Below are positions 35,822 through 49,469 of a DNA stretch of 64,000 nucleotides, one piece after another. The notes under the pieces are model-generated. The model was not told the DNA's origin. It was given only the letters and a program-made list of their open reading frames with translations, and made no database searches. Where the stretch lies: the NCBI GenBank assembly GCA_013239625.1, contig MU053376.1, positions 2,344,507 through 2,408,506 of the forward strand, in the 5' to 3' direction. Origin of the DNA: Lama guanicoe (taxonomy: Eukaryota). Positions within the stretch are counted from its first letter, which is position 1, and each line of letters opens with the position of its first letter. The position numbers were made by a program, and so were the translations under genes.

Positions 35822-38800
35822 ATACCAAACACAGGGTGTCTTACCCGAAAGCCCAGGGAATGTGACCTGAGCACCTTGCACGCATGGTGGATGCTGGAAG
35901 AGATGCTTTACTGGCTATAATGAGCTGTCCCTTCAGGAAAGAAACATTGTTTTATCAACGGTAGTAGAAGAAGCAGAAGAGGAGGAGATGGAGCAGGAGG
36001 GGAAGGCGAGGAAGGACGACTGAGGGGGAAGCTTTCTCTCTCTCTCCTGTATCTCTTGCCTACTTGCTTCACTTTGACCATTTCACTTGTCCTCCTGTCC
36101 TTTCTCTCCTTCCAGACTTGACGAACGTGTTCTGATTCTTGTGTTGTCCACAGAGGGCCTGGTGCAGTGTTGTGCTTTCTTTTTTGGTGATGTTGTATTT
36201 TTGCATTTGTTTGTTTTCACAGATCTGGTGCTTAATAACTATCTTCTCAGGAACCAAGTGTAAAATTCTCTCCCAAATCATATCTTCTGAGTCCTTGGTC
36301 AGCCCCTGTGAGGCACCCGTGAGAAACCTAGGGCTCACCTTCTGCTGCACAGGTGCAAGGAGAGGGAACCCATAGCTCATGGCGGGATGATGCAGGCCCT
36401 TTATGCATATGACCTCACTTTAAGCCCAGAGGAGCCAAGGAGTCTCATCCCCACTGTGATCAGCAGAGGCATCAGGCTCAGGGAGGTGGAGGGACTTGCC
36501 CAAGGTCACATGGCTAAGGAATGGCAGGTCCAGAAGGTGGACCCAGAGCTGATCTTCCTGGTTCCAGTGCATTCTTCCCTTGTTGCTGGGGGAGTTCACT
36601 TTGTTTCGGCCAAGACTGTCTAACCCAGGTTGCTACACTCGATGCCAGCAACACAAATCTTTAAACCCAGATGCACAAAAAGTGGCCTGAACTTACCAGC
36701 AACCAGCCTGTGAAGTTACACACAAATTTATGGAGCAACACAGAGCAAAGAAGCAGAGGCTGACTTCTGAAGGTGTCACATGCTGTTCCTGGCCCAGCTG
36801 AGAGTCTGGGCTCCTCCTGGGAGACATTCTATCCTCCTTGCATCTTCAGAGTGGATTGCTGGCAGCCACACATGCTCAGGGCAGCTGTCTTTTGGAACCA
36901 CGGACTTTCCCAGAAGTTTGGCCAAATGGATAAGAGGATAAGCTTTTGTTGATATCCTGGCTCTGCCACTTACTGTGTGATCATGGGCAGTGTTTTTAAC
37001 CCGAGCCTCCGTTTCCTCATGTGCACACATTCAGGAGATTGTGGCCTCTTGGAATTGTTACAAGGATTCAAGTTACCATTTATCGTAGCTGTGTAGTAGG
37101 TGAACAGTAGGTGCTCATTAGAATGATGGTTGTTACTATTTAGTGGTTCTCAACTTTTCTAATCTTTTTTCCCATAGAACACTATTGTTTTGGGAGAGCC
37201 TTCCTCTTACATGTTTTTTAAACTAGCAAGTAAGACGAGGCAAAAGGCACTGGCCCAGGCCAGCTGTGCTGTCTCCTGGGTCTGTATCTCCAGGAGGTTC
37301 CCAGCTGAGCCTGTCGTGTGGGTGCCTGTAGGTTCTGGGCCGTCTGATTCTCCTGCTACCCAGACCCTGCACGCTCTCCCGCACAAGTCCTTGCTCTGTC
37401 ACAGACTCAGTGAGAGATCCTTCCCTTTACTCCCCTTGCTCCATCTACAGCTAGCACCATCCCTGGTGCATACAAATCACTGGATGTCCCCCGCGCAGCT
37501 GTGAACAAACGCCTGCTCAGTGGCAGAAGCAAATGACATCATTCCTGGAGGAGGACTCAGGGGCCAGCATGTCATGTTTGGCCAAGGAGTTTGGGGGAGG
37601 AGACATTCTTCAAAAGTTATGAGCTCTAGAACATTCTAGAGATTGTCTATACTTCCAGCTCCGCTATGAAACTATCCTCAGTTAGCCGAGTCTCAGGCCT
37701 CTGCCATGGAGCCACCATCAGTAAAGACTGGAGTGTTTATAAGAGAGACCTTTTCTGCACAGGCACAAACAAGGCTTGATGCAGGCACTGGGGCTGGGAG
37801 AGGGTTTCAAACTCAGCTTTCACACCAGGAGAGAAGTTTCCTCAGCATGCCCCAGTCTGGATGCTTCTGGTCACTTTCCTAGAGACTCTGTGCCTCAGTT
37901 TCCTTATTTGGGAAATGAAGAGAATAAACATACTGACCTGGAGGGATGTCTGAGGATAAAGTGAGTTAAAATTTCGTGAAGTACTTAGTGCCTGGCAGCC
38001 AGCACATGCTACAGACAAACAACAGAAGAGCCTGTGGTCATGCTCTGCTGCTGTCCTAGCCCTACCCCAGCCTAGACTCAACTCCGCAAGACAGAGTCCC
38101 ACCCCCAGGCAGAAACAGTCTTCCTCCTGCTCCTTCTTCTCTGTACCTATCCCTTACCCCCAATTTGTGTTCCCTGGAACCCAGAGTGGTTTTCCAGGCT
38201 TTGACCAGTCTGAGATATCTTGGCGTTCATCTCCTCTCTCAGACTGAGCTCCGGGGAGACAGCTGCTCTGTGAATGGCTGTACTCTGTAAATCAATATTC
38301 TTTGAATGAATGAATGAATGCATGCATGAATGAATGGTTCAAAGCTGGGTCCCCCTTTGACTGTTGGAGGAAGCCTGCTGCTTTGCTTTTTGGCGTTAGG
38401 AATCTCTCTGGCTTCCTCTGGTCCGCCACTGGAACCTCTATTCTTTGCTCAATGTCTCTTCTGTAGCCCATAGCAAGGAGTCAGGTCTCCCCTCTGTCTG
38501 GCCTCCCCAACTTGGGTTTCAGTTTTGCCCCTGATTGTTGTTTTATGGTCCTTGAGTCTGTATCCTAAAGCCTGAAGGTCAGTGCCTGCCACCCTAGCCC
38601 TGGGCTAAGAGCCCTTTGGATGTCATGCTAACCTGGGCTCCCGCTCCCATGGGAGCCACGTGGTCCAGCAGCGCTGTCAGTGGGGAGAGAGAACTTGAGA
38701 AGTACAATGTCACCTCTTCTTCCTCACCTCCTCAGTGTCTCCGAAACATCCCCCCTACCTAGCCTAAGAAGAGCATAGCTAATTCTAGATGAGATACCCC

Positions 38801-39747
38801 CGAGGCAGAGTGCAGACAACGTCCCTCTGTGGTCATCCCTGGGGCGCCTTGTGGCAATGGGATTATGCCCATGTGGCTAGAAATGATGTCTTAATGTGAG
38901 AGTTGTTGGCATCAGAAAGCTCAGTCTCTCTGCAGGGAGCCAGCAGGTGAAAAAGTGCTCTGAATTTAGTTAGGGAAACATACCAATAAGCAATTTATTC
39001 TGCTGAGTTCCTGGGATGTGTGTGATGTTGATCCAGGCCCTGAGCAGCTTGGCAAAGGAGAACAGTCACTGATTCCTTAGAAATGAAGTCTCAGAGTGAA
39101 GCTTCCTCAGACTGATGCTCACAGTTCATTGCATTTTGACTCTTTCCAACTTTCTTCAACCCTTACCTCCTTACCCCACCCAGCATGCACACGGGCACTG
39201 TCCCTCAGGGAGTGAAGTGCTCTCTGGTCTCAGGAGTTTTGTTCCAGCTTTTCCTGCTATGAGGAGCAAGGGTCCTTCTGCTCCTGCTGCAGCCTCTCCA
39301 TCCCCAAAGCGCACAAAATTGTTAGTCCTTCAAAACCTTGCCCAAACTGGATTTTCTCCAAGAAGCCTTCCCGGATATATTCCTTGTCCCTCAGAAGTAA
39401 TCTCAATGCCTCCTTCACCCCAGACCCCTCAATGCCTATGATGAACACAGCTGAATTGTTCTAGGAGAGTCCCCATAACAAACGCTCCCATCATTCCTAT
39501 AAACAGCCTCATTCTTCTCTGGCTGCATGTCACAGCTGGAGAGGTGCAGTTGCCATACCCATGGGCCTTTGTGTCTGCCCTTAGATCAAGGACTCTTAAT
39601 CTTTTGTGTGCCATGGACCCATCTGACACACCAGCAAAGTCTAGAGACCCTACTCAGAGTAATGTGTCTAAATGCATACAATAAAATATATAGGATTACA
39701 AAATAAACCTATTATATTAAAATGCAGCTATCAAAATATGGAGATGA

Positions 39748-40708
39748 AATGCTTAATTTACAGAATGTATGAATAGCTCATACAACTTAATAACAAAAAA
39801 CCCCAAATAACCCAATCCTAAAATGGGCAGAAGACCTACACAAGCAATTCTCCAGTGAAGACATACAAATGGCCAACAGGCATATGAAAAGATGCTCGAT
39901 ATTACTAATTATCAGAGACATGCAAGTCAAAACTACAATGAGGTATCACCTCACACCAGTCAGAATGGCCATTATTAAAAAGTCCACAAACGATAAATGC
40001 TGAACGGGGTGTGGAGAAAAGGAGACTGTCCTACACTGAAAGGAATGTAGTTTGGTGCAGCCATTATGGAAAACAGTATGGTGATTCCTCAAAAAACTAA
40101 AAATAGACTTACCATGTGATCCAGCAATCCCACTTCAGAAGATACATGCACCCTAATGTTCACAGCAGCACTATATACAATAGCCAAGACATGGAAGCAA
40201 CCTAAATGTCCATCGACAGACAACTGGATAAAGAAGTTGTGGTATATTTATACAATGGAATACTCCTCAGCCATTAAAAAATAATGCCATTTGCAGCAAC
40301 ATGGATGGACCTAGAGATCATCATTCTAAGTGAAGTAAGCCAGAAAGAGAAAGAAAAATACCACACAACACCACTCATCTGTAGAATCTTAAAAAAATAA
40401 AAACTCTATGAGCTCATCTACAAAACAGAAACAAACTTGCAGACATAGTAAACAATCTTATGGTTATTGGGGAAAGGAGGTGGGAAGGGATAATTTGGGA
40501 GTTTGAGGTTTACAAATGTCAGCCACTATATACAAAAATAGATTTTTAAAAAAGTTTCTTTTGTATGGCACAGGGAACTATGTTCAACATCTTGTAATAA
40601 CTTTTAATGAAAAAAATATGAAAATGAATATATGTGTGTATATGCATGACTAGGACATTGTGCTGTACACCAGAAATTGACACATTGCAGTTGACTATAC
40701 TTCGATAA
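39748..40708 (+). mobile_element. 5'-truncated L1 (ORF2 end plus 3'UTR)
   Basis: TSD AAAATATGGAGATGA (39733-39747) and AAAATATGGAAATGA (40709-40723). Confidence 0.9.
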
Positions 40709-40805
40709 AAAATATGGAAATGACAATGGGTATTATATAATAAATGTGATTCTTTATTAATGCATTAATTAATAAGATCTAGCAGTGGGACTACAAACTA
40801 CTGAT

Positions 40806-40945
40806 TTTTTAACATCATATTTTATCTTATTTTTTAAAGTGGCAATTTCTATTTATTTAATTTACTTTTTTGAGGGGGAAGGTAACTAAACTTATTTATT
40901 TATTTTTTAATGAAGGTACCACTACCACTGAACCATACCCACCCC
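40806..40945 (-). mobile_element. Internally deleted Vic-1-like SINE
   Basis: Tail and head present, B-box region missing. TSD ACTACTGAT (40797-40805 and 40946-40954). Confidence 0.65.
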
Positions 40946-42666
40946 ACTACTGATGTTTCTAATTAGTGATTATTATAAATACGTTGAGCTATCTGAAACA
41001 ACTATAATAGGATACAAAGTATCTGTGACTTCTATCAGTGACAAAGTCACAGGCACTACTGATATTACTGTATTGTTTCCTTCCCTCGTAATTAAGAAAA
41101 AATTAAGTTTTGATTAAAGGTTAATTAAATCATAAGATGTGGCTTTTTCCCATCAGCTCTCTGCTATATTAGGAGCGTCTGTTCCCCTCACCATGCTCTG
41201 AGGTCCCATGCGAGGTCCTAAGAGACCAAGCCTTTTCCACTCTGGTATTCTCGGGGCATCCAGCTCAGTGCCTGCACACGGGAGTCTCCACACTGGTTTG
41301 TGGAATTAAAAGAAAAAGAATTGAGTACATCCCTACTCTCCTAGGGGAGGAAACTTAATTCAAGTCTGCATCTGAATTTTTGTTCCCTGACTCCATGTCC
41401 AGGAGAGGATTTTCCCAGGGGCTCCCACTTTGCAGGCAGGGGAAGGGGATAGTTAGCCAACTTTGGGGACCCAGGTACGTCAGAGGAAATCTCAGCAGAA
41501 AGGATGGGGCAGCAAGTCAGGCTGGTTAAACAGACATGATGGAAAAAGGCAGGAAAGGGAAATGACGTCACTCAGTCTGTCAGCTTTGAGGACCGGGAAC
41601 TGAAAATGCACTGTTTCTGAGGGCGTCAGCTGCTCCGCCCAGCCCCACCCTGCAGGGAGGTAGCAGGGGCCGCAGGTGGGGTGAAGCTCCCAGCACCGCG
41701 GGCCTGAGAATGGGAGACCAGTGAGCTGAGGCAGGAAGCCCAGATGCCAGCAACAGTGACGTCATCAAAGACAGGGAAAACCCTAAACTGCCAACTCAGG
41801 ACTTGCCTTGAGAGAAAAGGAGTGGCTGGGTTTTCTTATTGGTTTCTGCCCAAAAATGACTTGGTTAAGAAACTGAGTTTATTTCACAAGAAAGAATTCT
41901 TCTCTCTCCTCTGCCCATCTTACCTTTTCCATTACTCAGGTACTGATTATATGCCGGCCCCCAGTTTCAAAACCCTACTTCCGAAGTTAGCTTGATGTGC
42001 TCATGAGATGCACCACCACTTCCCCACCATGGCCACATCATCCCCCATCCACTCCCTCTGAGCACTGACAATGTGCTAAGCACTGTGCTGCCCTTGAAGA
42101 GCTCATGATTAGTGCACAGCTATTACCATGTCTCTCTCCCACTATAAGACCCTTCATGACTCCCTCTTGCCTCAGGGTGAAAACAAAGAATTACAGAATC
42201 AAAAGGTGCTGCTGAAAGAGATTCATGAAATCATTTAATTTTATTTCCCCACAATTCACAGAGGAGGAAACTGAAGCCCAGAGAAGGGAAGTGATTTCCC
42301 CAAGAACACACAGTGGGGTGAAGTTGAGGCTAGAGCTGGGACATAGGTTTCTAGACGCCCAGTCTAAATTCACATTCCTTGGCACAATATTCTTGTTCCT
42401 TGATGATGCAGCCCTGTTTCCAACTTGATCTGCTGCTGTGTCTCTACATGAAATCCAGCTCCTGCCAAGGCAGTTCATTCGCCCGTCTTCAAATACCTTG
42501 TGACTTTTGCTGCCCGTCATCTCTGTCCTGAATGCCCTTTGTCAGACCCGACTCCTCCTCTCTACCCTGCTCTGGAGTTCTTGTCCATTTAAATTCTTCT
42601 CGTCCCTCAAGGCTCAGCTCAAACCCTCCTGTTTGAGCCGCCCCCCCACCCCAGCACGTACCTTCT

Positions 42667-43344
42667 TTTTTAAAAAAAATTTCTTATTGAAATATATAGT
42701 CAGTTTACAAAGTTGTGTTAATTTCTGGTGTACAGCATCCTATTTCAGTCATACATATACATATGTATATCCCTTTTCATATTCTTCTTCATTATAGGCT
42801 ATTACGAGATGTTGAATATAGTTATAGTTCCCTATGCTATACAGTGGGACCTTGTTGTTTATCTATTTTATATATGATACTTAGTATCTGCAAATCCTGA
42901 GCTCTCAGTTTCTCTCTCCCTCTTCTTCCTCCCCCGCCTTTGGTAACCGTAAGTTTGTTTTCTATGTCTGTGAGTCTGTTTCTGTTTCATAAATAAGTTC
43001 ATTTGTGTCATTTTTTTAGATTCCACATATGAATGATATTATATCATATTTTTCCTTCCTTTTCTTGCTTACTTCACTTAGTATGATGATCTCTAGGTCC
43101 ATCCGTATTACTGCAAATGGCATTATTTTATTCTTTTTTATGGCTGAGTAGTATTCCATTGTAGATCACAACTTCTTTATCCAGTCATCTGTCGATGGAC
43201 ATTCAGGTTGTTTCCATGTTTTGGCTTTTGTAAATAGTGCTGGTATGAACACTGGGGTGCATGTATCTTTTCAAATTAGAGTTTCCTCCAAATATATGCC
43301 CAGGAGTGGTATTGCTGGATCACAGGGTAAGTCTGTTTTTAGTT
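42667..43344 (-). mobile_element. 5'-truncated L1
   Basis: TSD AGCACGTACCTTCT (42653-42666) and AGCATATACCTTCT (43345-43358). Confidence 0.9.
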
Positions 43345-45459
43345 AGCATATACCTTCTACTCATTCAGCAGTACTGATTTTCTTTGTGGTTCTGCAAACC
43401 TTATCCTCCCAAAGAGGCTATAAGCATCCAGGGGCCAGAAATCTCCCAAAGCATCGCTAATCCTCGAAGCATCCAGCACAAGGTCTTGTAGATAATGGGC
43501 ATTTAATAAATGTTATGGAAAGAATGGCTTTTAAAATCTATTCTATCATACACAAGGAGTGATAAAAATCTACTTTTGTGCTTAAAGGTTTGCGTAACTA
43601 TGCGTATGTTTAAAATCCTTCTGGCAAATAAATGAGCCAGACAGGCAAAGTAGACTTTATCCTCCATTTTACTAATGAAATCAGTGCATGCCTGAAATAT
43701 AAGGGCTGGTCTTGGGTCACCCAGGGTCTCACAAAGGTGGTGAAAAAGTATTAGAAATGAGTCTTCTGGCTCTCAGTCTTATGTGGTCTTTTGTCAACAC
43801 CTTCTATGTCCTTTCCATAGATGATACATTTCTTCTGCCAGAATTACCATGGGAAAAGCTTCTCTATTGTTCTCATTTTTAAGGAATGCTACTTACTATA
43901 GAAGAATAGTTCATAATGGGTTAAAAGTGTCATTTATTAGAAAGAATACTTGATTGATTTCAACCTCCGACTCTTTTACCAGCTGAGCGACCTTGGGCAA
44001 GTTACTTAACCTCTTCTGAACCATAGTTTCCCCATTTATAGAATGAGGGAATTGGACTAGATGTACTTGAATTCACTTCTAGCTTTAACACTCTAGGAGT
44101 GATAGTCTACCATTAGATAAAAAATTCTTGCTAGTGGGATAGAATTCCTTAACCTAGAAGATTCATGAACCTTCCAGGTCCTACTGGAGAAGCTATAGTG
44201 GCAGGGGTGCCCGTGGGTCCCCCTCACAAATTAAATTAAGAAATGAATTATTGCAGGCCCCTGTCTTTGACAGAGGACCTGGGATTGTACCAGCAGGCAG
44301 GGGCCAGCTTGCAAAAGGCAGAGGCTCACAATAAAACCCTACTTCACATTTGTCCTTACGTGACAACTTGAGGAAGTTCATGTTACAGAATGTTTGGCAA
44401 TTATTTGCAATTATTTCTGGCAATTATTTGCAATACTGAATCAACATGTTCTTAGAATGATATGATTAAAATGAACACTCCAAGAAAAAGTGAATTTCAT
44501 GATATTGGGAAATTTGAAAACGTTCTGATTTCAGGATTTGAGGATAAGTTGCAACAGCTCCTTGCTTGCTTCACAAACTCTGTAACTACACTCATCCTGT
44601 TTCTTGGCTATGAGACGGGTGCTCAGGCATCTGGGTATTGTCTGTGACAGGATGGACTTAGTCCAGTGATTCAGGAATCCTGGGAGGGAGGGTGGAAATT
44701 GCTAAAGTGAGAAAGATTCCTTCTGTTTCTGTAGATTCAGTGTGTCAATTTCAGAAGGTTCTCAGACAGGTGAGATAGGTGGTCTGTTCTCTTAACTGAA
44801 TGAAGATCTTGTCAGGGCTCTCCCTGGTACGTAGGGCCAGAAGAAGAACTGGGAATCCTGCCCTCGGTACATTCCCACCACTTTTTTCCAAGGTCCTCTT
44901 GTCCCCAAGGACACACAATTTAATGCAAAGAGTAACATATTCCAAATTAAGAGATCTAGGTTGAAGTCCCATTCTGCCACTGTCTCCTTTATCTTCATAG
45001 TGCTTCCCTGGGCCTTGGTACCCTCACATCAATGATGACAGTAGAAAGAAATGCTATTTTTTTAAAATGAGTTCTTTCATTTACTGGTGGGGGAAACTTG
45101 GGAGAACCATTCAACTTCTAAGCTTAAGTTTCTTCATCAGAAAATTGGGTTATAGGGCCTGCCTCAAAGAGATAATAATTTATTCAACACATATTTATAG
45201 AAAGTTTGCTATGACCTGGGCTCCATTCCATGCATTTCTACTAGAGAGGTGGATAAAACAGACAATATTTTGCCCTCAAAATGCTCATGTTCTTAGTGGG
45301 ATTTTATGATAATTACATGAGAATAAGTATATATGTATATATACAATGTTATATATATATGATGATTATAATAACATACAGAGAATTTAATATGCAAGCC
45401 CAGGTATTAGGTTTAGGATACTGTATACATTATCATCATAATAATAATTATTAGGCTGA

Positions 45460-45680
45460 ATAAATTGGGAGCTCAGGATTTGCAGATACACACTACTGTA
45501 TATAAAACAGGTAAACAACAAGGACCTACTGTGCAGCACAGGGAACTGTATTCAATACCTTGTAATGGCCTATAATGAAAAGAATATGAATATGGATATA
45601 TATGTGTAACTGAATCACTATTCTGTACACCAGAAATTAACACAACTTTGTAAATCAACTGTACTTCAATAAAAAATTTT
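45460..45680 (+). mobile_element. L1 3'-end fragment
   Basis: gcagatacacactactgtatataaaacagg...acaccagaaattaacacaac...caataaaaaa. Confidence 0.85.
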
Positions 45681-47298
45681 TTTAAATTATTAGGGTGAAC
45701 TGTAAGACAAGCCAGTATCAGACCAGTCTCAACCTAGCAATATTTTTATTACTCTTAGTTCCTCCCCTCCCTAGCCCACACATTTAATTCATCTCCAAGT
45801 ATTTAAACAATGTATTTAAATCCTCTCAAGTCCGCCTACATCTCTGTCTCTGCTGCTACGAATTCAGGCCACAGTTAACTCTCTCTGGGACGACTACAAT
45901 GGCTGGATTTCCCGTCTCCAGTCTCACCTCCCTCAAGTCAGTTTTCTAGGGTGTCTCGCTAATCACATTGCTCTGTGCTGAAGGCCTTCGTAACTCCTTG
46001 TTTTTGGATAAAGTCTCAGCTCCTTAACATGACTCATATTACTTCTGACCTCCAGCCAGCTTGTCTTTCACTCTCCTGTCCCCATCCTCCTATCTCACTT
46101 TACTTTGGGGACATTTGGTAATTACTGATGGGTTTGTATGTCTCCATTTTTAGGTTCAGCTAAGCCTGAGATCCTGTGGTTTTATGATATAACACAAGGA
46201 AGGAACAATTTTGAATCAACATACTCATTCAACAGTCATCAGGTATTTACCTGCCGAGAGCCATCGAGTGTTGGGACCATAAAGCTGAACAAAGCGCTCT
46301 CAGGCTAGTGGGAGATTCAGATATGGAACCCAAAACTGCAGTTCACTGTGATAAGTACAGAAGACATACACAAAGTAAAGGGGGGCAATGGTGAAAGGGA
46401 GGCATCAATTCTGCCTTGGTAGATGGGGGTGTAGAGAGAGCCAGAAGTTAGGGTGAGAAGTTTTTTAATAGCAGATAAACTGAATCGTGTCTTTGCAGGG
46501 TGGAATGGGATCTATTCAGTGGATTTGAAAAAACAAAGTATTTTGCTATGGGAAAAGGAGAGACTTCATTATTAAAGTGAAATTGGGATTGTCCATGAAC
46601 AACTAAGTTTGCTTAATTGTTACGGTTAACTTAGGACCAAACAATCTCGGTGAATGGAAGGGAATTGACTGGCAGTGTAACAGCTTATATCTCCTGAAAG
46701 TCTTGATTTCAAATATTCTTGTCAGACCATGTTTCTCAATTTTACTTTAATCACAGTTAAGGATGATCATGGAAAATTGTTTTCTTAACACGGAGGATGG
46801 AAAAAGAGGCGTGAGCCCAAGAGATATTCAGGTTAGATATTCACACATGCTTTCCAATATTTATCAAACATGACAATGAAAAGTTATGGTCTTCGTTTTC
46901 AAGGAACTTTAGGAAGACATTTAAAGACACTAAAAAGAATGTTCTGATCAAAGGAAGAGTGAAGCATCACAGGAACACTGAATGTCAGAACTGGAAAAGG
47001 TCTTACTCATTACCTGTTCTATAGCTCCCACTTTGCAGCCATGCAAATTAAAATCCAGAAAGATGAAATAATGTGCCAAAGTCATCCTGTAAACTAGGGA
47101 AGCCCTAGACTCAAATACAGGACTGCAGAGTCTTCGTAATTGGGTAGGAAAAAAGTTTCAAAGGAATATAGTATAATCCCTACTATCTTGATAGTTTTCA
47201 AAGCATTGTCTAAGGTTAATCTCAGTTGCCTTAATTTAATCTTACCTCTAGGTGCGGTCCTACCTGATGGATTAGTCCCTGTCTAAGAATATCTTCCA

Positions 47299-47894
47299 AA
47301 GACACCTGCACCCTAATGTTCATAGCAGCACTATTTACAACAGCCAAGGCAAGGAAACAGACTAAATGTCCACCAACAGATGACTAGATAAAGAAGATGT
47401 GGTATATTTATATGATGGAGTACTATTCAGCTGTAAAAACGACAACTTAACACCATTTGCACCATTTGCAGGGACACATGGATGTCCCTGGAAAATGTCA
47501 TTCTAAGTGAAGTAAATCAGAGAGAGAAAGAAAAACACCATATGAGGTCGCTCATATGTGGAATCTAAAAAAAAAAAAAAGAACATAAATACAAAACAGA
47601 AATAGACTTATAGACATAGAATAAAAACTTGTGGTTGCCAAGGGGGTGGGGAGTGGGAAGGGATAGGCTGGGAGTTCAAAATTTGTAGATACTGACAGGC
47701 AAATGTAGAATAGATAAACAAGATTATACTGTATAGCACGGGGAAATACATACAAGATCTTGTGGTAGCTCACAGTGAAAAAAATGTGACAATCAATGTA
47801 TGTATGTTTATGTATAACTGAAAAATTGTGCTCTACACTGGAATTTGACACAGCATTGTAAAATGACAATAACTCAATAAAAAATGTTAAAAAA
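47299..47894 (+). mobile_element. 5'-truncated young L1
   Basis: Perfect 14-bp TSD AAGAATATCTTCCA (47285-47298 and 47895-47908); AATAAA and A tail. Confidence 0.92.
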
Positions 47895-48419
47895 AAGAAT
47901 ATCTTCCAGTGCCATTAGGGAGAAAAGGCTAAGACTCATGAAACAGAGGACAACATCAGACTCCCTTGTGTGTCAAAGAAAAATCTGCTATTGGAAGTCA
48001 GAGAAGGGAGGGATTGCTTTGGACTAGAGTAGTGTAGGAATAAAGAATTGGGGTCCACTCTTTAATGATGAATGGAGAGGAAGTAGGGTAGCGCTGTTGG
48101 AGAGAAATGTTGGGAATAGCAAAAGCAAAGGAGAAACAGCAAGAGTGAGCACACAGTGTCCGGGGCTGGGGAGACACCTGGTTAGGAGAACTGGGTTTAG
48201 AGGAAGGGGCAAAAGCATCTCCTGGAATTCTCTCCCTCTTCTGCAATTTAGCGATCTTTTCTGTCCTTCAGATCATGTTACTTCCCTTCTGGAAGGGAGC
48301 CAGGAAGAACGAGGTATCTTTTAACCAAGAACTATAACCGGTAGTCTCCAGAGAAGTGCTTCATAGAGGAGGAAGGTGTTGAGGTAATCCAGCCTGCAAT
48401 TAAACTGCCTGAGGCTGGG

Positions 48420-48580
48420 AGGAAGTGCAGTGTCACCAGAGAAATTCCAAGGGAGTTTCAGCCCTCACCTGCGGGAGCTGACTTCCTTCATGTGGCATAT
48501 ATATATACATACATTATTGGCAGCCTCTTAGCTTGAGACACTCCTAGGAGACCAGGAGCAGCAGCCCTTCCTGAACTCAG
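48420..48580 (+). promoter_or_regulatory. Candidate distal IL20 promoter and 5' non-coding exon
   Basis: kB-like GAGAAATTCC (48439-48448) and GGGAGTTTCA (48451-48460), TATATATATA (48498-48507), then a near-consensus donor CAG|gtaagg at 48580/48581. Confidence 0.5.
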
Positions 48581-49469
48581 GTAAGGAAGCTCCCTCTCTC
48601 CACGCTATTCACACAGTTCTGGGGAGCAGCCCAGTTCTCCCAGTCCTTTACCCAGCTGTCTTCAGGGCCATGTCTAAGGGAGCCCTTTCCATTAGGACAA
48701 AATACCCGAGAAGGTAGGAATTGTCAGGTTCATCTTTGTACTCCAGTACCTAGCATGATATTCAAAACAGTGGGTGCTTAATAAATGTTGATCGAATTGT
48801 TGAATTTAATATACATTTACCATACACCTACTATGTTCAAGGCAACTAATATCATTCCCTATTTAAAATGAACTGATGACTCACTCCATGCTAGGCGCAT
48901 AAATCATATATCATTTTATTTAAACGTCCAAACAAATTTCTGCGGTGAGTTTAATTATCACCACTGATGGCTAAGAAAACAAAACTCAGGTGAGTTGATT
49001 TGTCTAAGGTCACAAAGATATAGGGTGATATAACTCATCCAGATTTACCTGTCACTTTTCCAGTTTTAAAACTGAAAGTCCTATTTCCTGGACCCCCCTT
49101 AGTCCTGGGAGAACTGGGATGACCTACACTGATGGGGACTTGTAGAGCCTTGTTCTCTCGTCTTCAAACCCAGAGGTCTCGCTGATACTTTGGGGTTTGG
49201 TTTGTTTATTCTCTTCCCCTCCATTTGGCAGCATCGCAGGTGGACATGAAGGTAAAGTACACCTAACATATTGCCTGGTGGGAAAAATTTAGTAGGTGTT
49301 GTGCCAAGCCGTATTGGAGCCTAAGGCGCAAGGGAGCGACGTACACCCCTATTTATATGTGTTGATTATATTATGTGGGTTATTTTTTCCAAAACATTAA
49401 AGTAGTTGAAAATTATTGAAAAATTGAAAAGTATCTGTATTACAACTCATATTATTTTAAGCTTAAATA

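Larger units (their letters stand above)
39588..41150. mobile_element. Old hAT-Charlie-type DNA transposon hosting L1 and SINE insertions
   Basis: caaggactcttaatcttttgtgtgccatggaccc...; AT-rich body resumes after each insertion. Confidence 0.5.
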
